A stretch of DNA of 44,224 nt from Lachnospiraceae bacterium (GCA_024695205.1 JAILIQ010000054.1:1-44224); one strand, 5' to 3'. Shown: positions 26,774 to 35,780, counted from the stretch's first letter. Translations and numbers: made by a program. Notes: a model not told the origin generated them from the sequence alone.

Positions 26774-28477
26774 ATGAAGAAATTGAGAAAGACCGTAGCT
26801 GTACTGCTCGCGCTTGCCATGATCTTAAGCCTTGCAGCATGTACAAAGGACACAGGATCAGAGAATCCTACCAATGCTCCTACACAGGAAGCTGCACAGC
26901 CTACCAAGGCAGAGCAAAAGACCGACGACGGCAATAAGACCGACGACGGCAACAAGACACCCGAAACTACTCCCGAGCCTACAGCGGAAGTACTTCCTCC
27001 TCTTGCTATCAGCGTTTCACTTCCCAGTGACAATGAGCATGTGGCAGACGGAACAAATGATGTTGAGATGCAGTATTATCAGAAGCTGATCGATGGTATC
27101 CAGGCTTATACCAATACCAATATCACATGGGAGTGGCTTGCACAGGCTACATACTATGATGATGAGCACCTCGGACTTAAGATCGCTACAGGCGATGTAG
27201 CCGATGTTCTCGTAGTCGGTAAGAACGCTGCTTTCCTTGATGCTGCAGAGAACGGACTCTTCTGGGATCTTGCTCCCTACATTGATGAGTTTGACAACCT
27301 TGCAACCATTCCTGAGGCAACAAGACAGAATGCTTCTTACAACGGTAAGATGTACGGACTTCCCCGTTCAAGAACACTGGCTCGTAACGGTCTCGGATAC
27401 CGTCTTGACTGGCTGAACAACCTTGGCCTTGCAGAGCCCACAACTTGGGAAGATTTCGAAGCTATGCTTTACGCATTCACTTACAACGATCCTGACGGAA
27501 ACGGTGTTGACGATACCGTTGGTCTTGGTCTTGATAACTGGGGCGGCGTATTCAACATCATGATGACCTGGTTTGGCGTTCCCAATGAGTGGGGTCTTGA
27601 CGCAAGCGGCAACCTTATCTACAAGGCAGAGACCGAAGAGTACAAGAATGCTCTTAAGGCTTTCCGTGAGCTCTATTCAGAAGGCGTTATCAACAACGGC
27701 GCAAACGGTATCCCTGATTTCCGTGAGGTTGATCCCGGTAAGGCAAGAGACCAGCTGTTAAGACAGAGTCTTGCAGGCTGCGGCGTACAGGTTCTTGACG
27801 ATCAGAGAAAGGTTGAGACCTACTTCGAGGATAACGGACTTTCAACAGCAGATGAGCCTATTTACACACTTCAGGGTTATGTTGATACAGGCAAGGGACC
27901 TCTTTGCTATCCTACAACCGGTATGAACAACATGATCGCTATTTCCACAAAGAACATCAAGACAGAAGATCAGCTTCGTCGTGTTCTTGGATTCCTTAAT
28001 GACATTAACGACGGCGAGATGCTCAACCTCATTGAGTATGGCTGGGAAGGCGAGACCTACAGGATCAACGATGAAGGCTATGTAGAGCTGTTCACCGCTG
28101 AAGAGCTTGAAGCAAACGGCGTTGGTTCGACCAAGTACAACTTTGGTTTCAACCAGGTTATCCCTTACTTCACAGCACCTGCAAATGCACGTCCTGTTGA
28201 TCGTAACCTTTACACATCAGCTATCACTATTCTTGAGCAGGAACTCTATGCTGAGGATATCCAGTACTGCGTACCTAACTACGGTGCAAGCTTTACTTCG
28301 GATACCTATGTAACTCAGGGTGCAGACCTTGACAAGATCATTGCTGATGCACAGCTTGCATTCATCGTTGGCGAGATCGACGAGAGCGGTCTTAACGAAG
28401 CTATCAAGACCTGGAAGCAGGGTGGCGGAGATCAGGTTACCAAGGAAATGAATGACCTTTACAAGGCAAGCAAATAA
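26774..28477 (+). CDS. Extracellular solute-binding lipoprotein, large LplA/YtcQ-like sugar SBP
   Basis: ATG 26774 lies after AGGAGG. Lipoprotein signal MKKLRKTVAVLLALAMILSLAAC (lipobox LAAC), followed by a low-complexity linker with KTDDGN KTDDGN. SBP-like body of 567 aa. Confidence 0.85.
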   Translation: MKKLRKTVAVLLALAMILSLAACTKDTGSENPTNAPTQEAAQPTKAEQKTDDGNKTDDGNKTPETTPEPTAEVLPPLAISVSLPSDNEHVADGTNDVEMQYYQKLIDGIQAYTNTNITWEWLAQATYYDDEHLGLKIATGDVADVLVVGKNAAFLDAAENGLFWDLAPYIDEFDNLATIPEATRQNASYNGKMYGLPRSRTLARNGLGYRLDWLNNLGLAEPTTWEDFEAMLYAFTYNDPDGNGVDDTVGLGLDNWGGVFNIMMTWFGVPNEWGLDASGNLIYKAETEEYKNALKAFRELYSEGVINNGANGIPDFREVDPGKARDQLLRQSLAGCGVQVLDDQRKVETYFEDNGLSTADEPIYTLQGYVDTGKGPLCYPTTGMNNMIAISTKNIKTEDQLRRVLGFLNDINDGEMLNLIEYGWEGETYRINDEGYVELFTAEELEANGVGSTKYNFGFNQVIPYFTAPANARPVDRNLYTSAITILEQELYAEDIQYCVPNYGASFTSDTYVTQGADLDKIIADAQLAFIVGEIDESGLNEAIKTWKQGGGDQVTKEMNDLYKASK

Positions 28478-28555
28478 GACGATCTGCGGAAATGTACTGC
28501 GTTTCACGTAAGATGGGTAACTGTTTGACCACAGTATAAAATAATGTGAAATGGA

Positions 28556-28588
28556 GGGCAGTATGCATTGTATGTATGCTGCCCTTTT
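28556..28588 (+). terminator. Strong Rho-independent terminator after the lipoprotein SBP gene
   Basis: A 13-bp stem GGGCAGTATGCAT / ATGTATGCTGCCC (two G-U pairs) with a 3-nt loop, followed by TTTT. Confidence 0.8.
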
Positions 28589-28640
28589 ATAAAAAACGAA
28601 AAACACAGATAAAGGCATGTAATATCGGGAGGTTTGGATC

Positions 28641-30959
28641 ATGGCACAGCTTGAAAAGCTTAATCGGGGTCTTGTTGCCGTAAATACAGGCGAAGGCATA
28701 TTTGTTGCGTGGAGAATGTTCAGGGAAGAGGCAAAAGGTGCTGTAAAAGAGCGTCTAACGGGTACCGATTACAGACTGTACAGAAACGGTGAGGCTATTG
28801 CGCTAGTGACCGATTCGACGAATTATCTCGATAAGGAAGGAAAAGAAGGAGATACGTACTGCGTGGCTCCTGTCTGTGATGAAGCTGCGGACGCTGCAGG
28901 GAGTTTCACAAAATGCCCCGACGGAAGATTCGAGGGTCAAAAGTCTGAGACTGCAGAGGTTATCAAGGGGGGAAAGAATTATCTTGAGATACCTCTTAAA
29001 AAACCCGAAGGAGGAGTAACTCCCGCGGGAGAGGAATTTACATATTCCGCAAATGATATGAGCATCGGCGATGTGGACGGAGACGGCGAGCTCGAATATT
29101 TTGTAAAATGGGATCCGTCCAATTCACATGATGTTTCCCACAGAGGATATACCGGGAAATGCTATATTGATTGCTACAAGCTTGACGGAAGATTGCTGTG
29201 GCGCCTTGATATGGGTGTAAATATCCGTGCGGGTGCGCATTATACACAGTTTATGGTCTATGATTTTGACGGTGACGGAAAGGCCGAAATGTCGGTCAAG
29301 ACCGCACCCGGAACGAAGATGACAATATACGGCGATGACGGAAACGTCATTTCCGAGAAATATATAACCTTGCCCGATGGCGGGAAATATAAGGTAAACA
29401 GATTCGGTGATACGGTATGCGATAACTGTACGGAACCGTATGCTACTAAAACAAGGGTATCGGATGTAACAGTTCCGGGAGAGGATACTTCGGAAGAAAA
29501 TGCATTTGCAGTCGAGCGCAGGGCAACACATGAAGACAATTATGTCTGCTCGGCACAGGATTTTTATGAGTATACCGTAAACCGTTTTATGAACTGGCGC
29601 GAACATGAAGAGGTCAAGGCGGGGCACTGGCCCGATACGCTTGAGGAATGCTTCGGTATTGATAAAAAATATGAATATCCTCTCTCAAGAGAAGATGCAT
29701 GCGAACTTACAGATTATTTCATGGATGAATTTGCGCCGAAGCGCGATGGGAAGAATAAACTGCGTGAGTTTGAGGGCTTTATTTACGAGGGTCCTGAATA
29801 TCTGACGATGTTCGCGGGAACGGGCGAGGAGCTTGAGACGATATTCTTTCCGGTACCCAGAGGCGATGACGGCCTTATGTGGGGCGATTACGTCTGGAGA
29901 CGCATGGAGCCCTGCAACAGAGTGGACCGTTTCCAGTCGGGTGTCGGCTATCTTGACGGGGAACATCCCTTCCTGCTTATCTGCAGAGGCTATTATACAA
30001 GAAGCACGATCACGGCATACAGATTTGTGAACGGTAAGCATGAACTGTATTTTAAGGTTGATTCGGGACATGTGCCGATCAGCAATCCTTTCGGTTCCCA
30101 CAGTGATGTAAACGGTACCGATCCTGTATACGGCTGCATTACGGGACAGGGAGATCACAGTCTCGCGGTAGCGGATGTTGACGGGGACGGCTGTGACGAG
30201 ATAATCTACGGCGCCTGCACGATAGATAATGACGGAAGCGTGCTTTACTCCAGTACCGATAAAATGCCCGACGGCAGAGAAGTCAAGCTCGGACACGGAG
30301 ATTCGATGCATGTCGCAAGGATTGATCCGGACTGGCCGGGATTCCAGATATTCAATGTATTTGAGGGAGCCTCGGGTGTTCCTTACGGATATGCATTAAG
30401 AGATGCCCGTACAGGTAAGGTCCTGTTCGGTGAGCCTGCCGACCGCGACCTTGGCAGATGTATGATCGGAGATGTCGTACCCGGGGTAAGAGGTCTTCAG
30501 GTATGGGTCGGAAAGATACAGGACTGCCACGGGAATGTGCTTGATGCGAAACTGCTCGGTACCAATGCCAATATCAAGTGGGCAGCGGATCTGAGCACTC
30601 AGGTGGTTGACGGAGTGGACTATGTCGGCGGAAAGCATGTAGGGATCATAGGTGACAATACTCACGGGATCATGCTTGAACCGAAGGGATGTGCTACCAA
30701 TAACGGTACGAAAGGCAATCCCTGCCTGATAGCCGATATTTTCGGTGATTTCAGGGAAGAGATCGTACTCAGGACAGAGGACAGCTCGGCAGTCCGGATT
30801 TATATAAATACGGAGATTACCGATCATAAATTATTTACGCTGCTGCACGATCCCATGTACCGCTGCGGAGTCGCATGGCAGAATAACGTTTATAACCAGC
30901 CGTGCTACACTTCATTTTACTATGCTTCGGATATGGATTTCAGGGATATTCTTGCATAG
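28641..30959 (+). CDS. Rhamnogalacturonan lyase, polysaccharide lyase family 11 (YesW/YesX-like), no signal peptide
   Basis: GDVDGDGELEYFVKWDPSNSHDVS..GYTG, NIRAGAHYTQFMVYDFDGDGKAEM, VADVDGDGCDEIIYGA, DIFGDFREEIVLRTEDSSAVRIY and HDPMYRCGVAWQNNVYNQP match the PL11 beta-propeller. RBS GGGAGG. The stop is TAG. Confidence 0.9.
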   Translation: MAQLEKLNRGLVAVNTGEGIFVAWRMFREEAKGAVKERLTGTDYRLYRNGEAIALVTDSTNYLDKEGKEGDTYCVAPVCDEAADAAGSFTKCPDGRFEGQKSETAEVIKGGKNYLEIPLKKPEGGVTPAGEEFTYSANDMSIGDVDGDGELEYFVKWDPSNSHDVSHRGYTGKCYIDCYKLDGRLLWRLDMGVNIRAGAHYTQFMVYDFDGDGKAEMSVKTAPGTKMTIYGDDGNVISEKYITLPDGGKYKVNRFGDTVCDNCTEPYATKTRVSDVTVPGEDTSEENAFAVERRATHEDNYVCSAQDFYEYTVNRFMNWREHEEVKAGHWPDTLEECFGIDKKYEYPLSREDACELTDYFMDEFAPKRDGKNKLREFEGFIYEGPEYLTMFAGTGEELETIFFPVPRGDDGLMWGDYVWRRMEPCNRVDRFQSGVGYLDGEHPFLLICRGYYTRSTITAYRFVNGKHELYFKVDSGHVPISNPFGSHSDVNGTDPVYGCITGQGDHSLAVADVDGDGCDEIIYGACTIDNDGSVLYSSTDKMPDGREVKLGHGDSMHVARIDPDWPGFQIFNVFEGASGVPYGYALRDARTGKVLFGEPADRDLGRCMIGDVVPGVRGLQVWVGKIQDCHGNVLDAKLLGTNANIKWAADLSTQVVDGVDYVGGKHVGIIGDNTHGIMLEPKGCATNNGTKGNPCLIADIFGDFREEIVLRTEDSSAVRIYINTEITDHKLFTLLHDPMYRCGVAWQNNVYNQPCYTSFYYASDMDFRDILA

Positions 30960-31100
30960 GACTTGCTGCTGCACAGGCAGGATTGTTCGCTCGTCGCTTT
31001 TTTCAGAGTTGAAAATACAGTCTGTTCCGTATATGGTACAGGCAAATGTTGTATGTGTTTATGAAAATGCTGATCAGGTGTATGTATCGGGTATCTGAGT

Positions 31101-33026
31101 ATGGAAAAAGATAAGAAAGTGCTGAAAAAGATCGCATTGATCATCTGTGCGTCAAACAATGAAAGACACCGCAATATAGTCACAGCCGTCCACTCGGAGC
31201 TTAAAAAAACAGGTGGATGTGTCCTGTATGTGCTGACGAATTACGGCGTTTTTACGGATCAGGATGATACCGATTATCTGCACGGTGAACCGGCCAACTA
31301 TAGCCTGCTCGACCGCATGGAACTGGATGGCTGTTTAATCGAATCTAATATCGGAAGCAACAAACTGGTGTGTATGCTTGCGGAAAAACTGAAAAGAAGA
31401 GGGGTTCCGACAGTTACAATAAATATAGACGTTCCCGGGATTCCGGCAGTACACCTTGATGCAAGAGACGCTGTCTATGAACTTATGGAACATCTCGTGG
31501 AGAAGCACGGGTGCAGACGGATCAATCTGGTGCTGAACGAAGGCAACAAAAGCATTTCGGATATGGCCGAGACAACCTACAACGAAGTGCTGGGGACATA
31601 TGGGATCCCATTGAACGAAAAACGTATTTTGAGCAGTCTGGTGGGCATCCAGATCGGCAGGCAGATATACGATATTTATGACAGAAGAGGCGTTATGAAG
31701 GATTGTGACGCCGTTATCTGCGTGCATGATGTCTGTGCGATCGGACTTATTATGGAGATCGAGAGCCGGGGAATGAAGGTTCCGCGGGATGTGAGGATCT
31801 GTTCACTGAACCACAGCAGCAACAGCATGGCATTCCGTCCGGATATCACAGGTATTGACCGCATGGACTCGGCAGCTGCCAGGAAGGCATGCGATTTACT
31901 GATAAAGCTGATAAACGGTGAGAGTGTTCCGGCGGTAACTTTTTACAAGAGCAGACCGATCTACAGAAGAAGCTGCGGCTGTGAATACCAGCTGTCTTAC
32001 GAAGACGATACGGCAGGTGTATACCAGAATATCATTTACAATAAGGTTGAAGCCGCAAGCCAGATCAGCAGCACCATGCGGTTCAGCGATATGCTGGAGA
32101 CGGTTGAAACCATCGGACAGCTGAGCGGAAGCATAGACAGGATGATGAGCGGACTTGGCATTTCGGGCTATTACTGCTGCTTCAATGAGAGTGATATCGA
32201 CTATATCATGAGTGACAAAGCCGATACCAAGACAAGCTCCGATCCTCCTTATGAGGACGTTATGAGGGTCATCGCAGGCAGAACACAGGGAGGAACGGTA
32301 TTTGCCGGTGATACGGATTTTCCGGCAGAGGATATCGTTCCCGTAAAACCCGGAGCAGGCGATATGCTGATCATATATCCCGTACATTACAAAAACAGGG
32401 ATTTCGGATATATGGTCATCCAAAATGACTATACTCCGATCAATGTGTACAATTACCGGATCTGTCACGACAGTCTCGGAAGCAATATTGCAAACCTTCA
32501 CCGGCAGATGATCTTAAGAAGCAATGTAAAAGCCCTCGAGGAACTGCATATGAGGGATCAGATGACCAATCTGCATAACAGACACGGTCTCGTGAAATTC
32601 GCTCCTCAATTTGCCGCAGATAACCTTTATTCTGTCGGCTTGATAGATATGGACGGATTAAAACTGATAAATGATACTTACGGGCATCTGGCAGGAAACA
32701 ATGCTATATGCAACCTGGCAAATGCGATAACAGAAGCTGCCGGTAAGGAAGATTTCGTAGCCAGATACGGCGGAGACGAGTTCCTCATACTATCGAAAGA
32801 ATCAGAAGGATCTTATTGGATCGGGCTTGAAAATGCTATAAATGAGCGTCTTAAAGCTGCTGTATGCAAACAGAAGCTGCCGTATGCGCTCGGAATGAGT
32901 CTTGGATTTGCGATCTCGACTCCGCAGAACCCCTTGACACTGGATGCCGCAATAGAGGAGGCTGACAGAGAAATGTACGTTGAGAAAAACAGGAAAAAAG
33001 GTAAAACAGAAAACAAGACAGAATAA
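31101..33026 (+). CDS. Cytoplasmic periplasmic-binding-protein-type (LacI-like, HTH-less) sugar-binding domain + unknown middle domain + GGDEF diguanylate cyclase domain
   Basis: The N-terminus KIALIICASNNERHRNIVTAVHSELKK ... DAVICVHDVCAIGLIMEIESRGMKVPRDVRI resembles a LacI/RbsB-type PBP1 core, without a DNA-binding HTH or a signal peptide. The C-terminus NRHGL...DMDGLKLINDTYGHLAGN...RYGGDEFLIL is an intact GGDEF domain. Confidence 0.8.
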   Translation: MEKDKKVLKKIALIICASNNERHRNIVTAVHSELKKTGGCVLYVLTNYGVFTDQDDTDYLHGEPANYSLLDRMELDGCLIESNIGSNKLVCMLAEKLKRRGVPTVTINIDVPGIPAVHLDARDAVYELMEHLVEKHGCRRINLVLNEGNKSISDMAETTYNEVLGTYGIPLNEKRILSSLVGIQIGRQIYDIYDRRGVMKDCDAVICVHDVCAIGLIMEIESRGMKVPRDVRICSLNHSSNSMAFRPDITGIDRMDSAAARKACDLLIKLINGESVPAVTFYKSRPIYRRSCGCEYQLSYEDDTAGVYQNIIYNKVEAASQISSTMRFSDMLETVETIGQLSGSIDRMMSGLGISGYYCCFNESDIDYIMSDKADTKTSSDPPYEDVMRVIAGRTQGGTVFAGDTDFPAEDIVPVKPGAGDMLIIYPVHYKNRDFGYMVIQNDYTPINVYNYRICHDSLGSNIANLHRQMILRSNVKALEELHMRDQMTNLHNRHGLVKFAPQFAADNLYSVGLIDMDGLKLINDTYGHLAGNNAICNLANAITEAAGKEDFVARYGGDEFLILSKESEGSYWIGLENAINERLKAAVCKQKLPYALGMSLGFAISTPQNPLTLDAAIEEADREMYVEKNRKKGKTENKTE

Positions 33027-33055
33027 AACAGAGAACCGTCCCCTGTCTTATGCAT

Positions 33056-34063
33056 TTAGTCCTTCGGTACCTGCGCCTGCATCCAGCCGGCATACTTAAG
33101 GATCGAGGATTTTTCGGCCTTGGAGATATCCTTGCGGTAATCCGAAGGCGTAACGTTCATAATGGCCATAAAATGCCTGTTGAAGCTTGAAATGGAGCTG
33201 AACCCGACCCTTTCCGAAACAGAGAGTATCGAATCTTCGGTCATGCGAAGGAGGGTACAGGCTTCCTGGATCCTGGTCGTGTTCAGGTAATCAAGCGGGT
33301 TGGTCTGCATTATTTCCTGAAATACCCTTCTGAAATGGGTAAGGCTTAAGTGGCACAGATCCGCAAGCATTTCGACGGAGAAATCCTGCCAGTAATTTGT
33401 ACGGATATAATACAGCGCCGGAGCGATGATCAGAGTGTTTTTCAGCTTCAGATCGGAATCTTTGACACCCGTCTCGGGTATGAGCTGCGAAGGGATATTA
33501 TCCTGGTTTTTACTCTGAGGATGAAGCTTCTTATCGGCATTATAGACCCTCAGAAACTGCATGATAAGGGAAAGGAACAGTCCGGTTACCGAGAACTGGT
33601 AATTAAGAGGCTTTTCCTGAAGTTCTTTTATGATCTGTTTTACGGTGCTGTCGATATCGGGATGATCTGCGCCAGACATGATCATACGGCTGTTTTCAAG
33701 CATTTCGCGGCACAGTTCGGCATGGGGGAACGCATCATTAAAATACCTCATGAGCAGCTCATAAGGGTCGAAGAACAGATAACTCCACAGACTCGACTCA
33801 CCGGGAGAAGAATACGTGGTATGGGGAACGTGCCTCGACATAAATGTAATGTCACCGGCGCGAAAGGCATGCTTTTCCCCGTCGAATTCCATAAAGCCGC
33901 TGTCGGTATGACAGATGCCGATCTCCGTGCAGTTATGAAAATGCAGTCTTCCGGAACGCTTATCGGAAATATGCCAGTTTTCGCCGCTTAAAAGGATCAC
34001 GGGAAAGCCTATGGGGAGTTCATAATCTCGGTATTCTATGATCGGATTCTTTTGCTTGGGCAT
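33056..34063 (-). CDS. AraC/XylS-family transcriptional regulator (cupin-like sensor domain + HTH_18)
   Basis: The C-terminus LADLCHLSLTHFRRVFQEIMQTNPLDYLNTTRIQEACTLL...GFSSISSFNRHFMAIMNVTPSDYR is a typical double HTH. The start is preferred at ATG 34063 (MPKQK), preceded by GGAGA. The ORF-track start at 34075 has no RBS. Confidence 0.85.
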   Translation of the reverse strand: MPKQKNPIIEYRDYELPIGFPVILLSGENWHISDKRSGRLHFHNCTEIGICHTDSGFMEFDGEKHAFRAGDITFMSRHVPHTTYSSPGESSLWSYLFFDPYELLMRYFNDAFPHAELCREMLENSRMIMSGADHPDIDSTVKQIIKELQEKPLNYQFSVTGLFLSLIMQFLRVYNADKKLHPQSKNQDNIPSQLIPETGVKDSDLKLKNTLIIAPALYYIRTNYWQDFSVEMLADLCHLSLTHFRRVFQEIMQTNPLDYLNTTRIQEACTLLRMTEDSILSVSERVGFSSISSFNRHFMAIMNVTPSDYRKDISKAEKSSILKYAGWMQAQVPKD

Positions 34064-34226
34064 TTTTATCTCCATGCTGCGGTTGTTACGGGCAGCGTAT
34101 GATTTTTATTTATCATTTTTCATTTTAACACAATATGGTTGTTTTTGCACATATTTTTTAAAATTTTGACATATTCAGGTATGGATTTGTTGTGAAAAGA
34201 TTTATTGCGGAGGTCTCAGACGGCAA

Positions 34227-35111
34227 ATGATCTTTGGAATGACAGTTTATCAGATGCTCTGGTTTTTTATGATCTATTCGGTTCTCGGATGGGTGATCGA
34301 AGTTGCTTTCCATGCTGTAACACTTGGAAAAGTCGTAAACAGAGGGTTCTTAAACGGCCCGCTGTGCCCGGTCTACGGATCGGGAGTACTGATGGTTCTT
34401 GCGGTGGTCTATATAGACGGAAAACTATTCGGATTTGAGACGGAGCTGGAAAATGCAAGTACCGCGGGATTGTTCGTCATAGGTATCATATTTGCGACAC
34501 TTATCGAACTGATCGCCGGTTTCGTACTTGACAAGCTGTTCCACGCCAGATGGTGGGATTACAGTGAAATGAAATTCAACCTGAACGGCTATATATGTCT
34601 GGAATTCAGTATTATATGGGGCCTCGCGATAGCGTTTGTACTGCGCGTTGTACAGCCGGTATTCAGGAATTTTGTCGATCGGATCCCGAAATATGCTGGA
34701 TGGCTGATGCTGGCGGTTATGTATGTTGTATTTCTGCTGGACATAGTGATCACCGTGCTGACGGTGCTTAAATTCAACCGCAGGCTTGAAAAGATGCGTG
34801 AGATAGAAGCGGCCATAAGAAAGATAAGCGACGGCATGTCGGAGATCATAGGCGAAGGAACCATAAAAACCGTTGAAAAGATAGGGGAAGAGCAGCAAAA
34901 GGCAGAACGCCACAAAAAAGAATTTCTTGAATCCGTGGAACGGGAAAAAGACCGTATTGATGAGAAACGAGCGGAAATGGAGAAGGAATACGAGCATCTG
35001 CGCAAGAGCATGATGTATCACCGCCTGTTCGGAATAGGCAGGCTCCCGGGTGCTCTGGCCGGGAAGGGACATATGAAATATCAGGATATACTGGATAAAC
35101 TGAGAGGATAA
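34227..35111 (+). CDS. Polytopic membrane protein of the family named 'putative ABC-transporter type IV' (PF06541-like) with a charged coiled-coil C-terminal tail
   Basis: FFMIYSVLGWVIEVAFHAVTLGKVVNRGFLNGPLCPVYGSGVL is the characteristic N-terminal motif. There are about 5 TM helices, then roughly 100 aa of K/E-rich helix. The start is uncertain: the GGAGG lies 13 nt upstream of ATG 34227. Confidence 0.65.
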   Translation: MIFGMTVYQMLWFFMIYSVLGWVIEVAFHAVTLGKVVNRGFLNGPLCPVYGSGVLMVLAVVYIDGKLFGFETELENASTAGLFVIGIIFATLIELIAGFVLDKLFHARWWDYSEMKFNLNGYICLEFSIIWGLAIAFVLRVVQPVFRNFVDRIPKYAGWLMLAVMYVVFLLDIVITVLTVLKFNRRLEKMREIEAAIRKISDGMSEIIGEGTIKTVEKIGEEQQKAERHKKEFLESVEREKDRIDEKRAEMEKEYEHLRKSMMYHRLFGIGRLPGALAGKGHMKYQDILDKLRG

Positions 35112-35249
35112 ACTGTAAAAGCCGGACCCTGCGGTATCATGCCGGAAATATAAATTTGGTCGTTATTGCACAGTATTTTAGGTGGTGCGAAAGGATTATT
35201 GAGGCGCGGAATGTTATCATATTTATGATGGTATAAAGGAGAGAGCGGG

Positions 35250-35768
35250 ATGGATGATGAATTAAGAGATGAGATCCTTGAAGCGGTTGAAGATGCACTC
35301 GATTCGGTAAAAGAGGATCTGGCAGAGGAACTGACCGGTCTGATCGAGGATAAGCTTGATGAAGCGCTTCTTGACGATATTTCCGAGGAGATCGCGGACA
35401 GGCTTGAAGAGAGGATCGACGAGGCGATCAATGATTCCATAAGCGAATTCTTTGCAGAAGGAATAGAAGAGTATCTTGAGGCTCACCAGTTCATCTTAAA
35501 TGACGGTACTGTAGTCCAGTCACGCCACAGGACCAGAGTTCTCGCTCCCGATAAGAAAAAGCTCCTCAACTGCTACGGCGGACTGAGAGTTCAAAGTACG
35601 GAAAAAAACGGCGGTAACGAGACTGCCCGTGGATGGGGACTGGCCGTACAGACCAGGATCTCATGCTGGGAAGTAATAAGCGTCTATGAGCGTGAAGAAG
35701 ATGCGATCGCTGACCTGATGAAGGTGGAAAATGCGATAACCGAGGGCGCCGAGCTCGTTGAGCTGTGA
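35250..35768 (+). CDS. Hypothetical protein: extremely acidic helical N-terminal half and a small globular C-terminal half
   Basis: Good RBS (AAAGGAGAG). The first ~80 aa are D/E/L/I-rich (DEILEAVEDALDSVKEDLAEELTGLIEDKLDEALLDDISEEIADRLEERIDEAINDS). No recognisable domain. Confidence 0.55.
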   Translation: MDDELRDEILEAVEDALDSVKEDLAEELTGLIEDKLDEALLDDISEEIADRLEERIDEAINDSISEFFAEGIEEYLEAHQFILNDGTVVQSRHRTRVLAPDKKKLLNCYGGLRVQSTEKNGGNETARGWGLAVQTRISCWEVISVYEREEDAIADLMKVENAITEGAELVEL

Positions 35769-35780
35769 AAGGGGTAACTG

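Noticed and set aside
34205-34438. A 77-aa ORF overlapping the start of the PF06541-like gene in another frame.
   Set aside because: The alternative frame (34227-35111) carries the strong family motif YSVLGWVIEV...NRGFLNGP and TM helices. The 77-aa frame has no features.
35081-35440. A 119-aa Ser-rich minus-strand ORF.
   Set aside because: It is the reverse-complement reading of the GAx/GAG-rich acidic gene at 35250-35768, a mirror artefact of low-complexity sequence.
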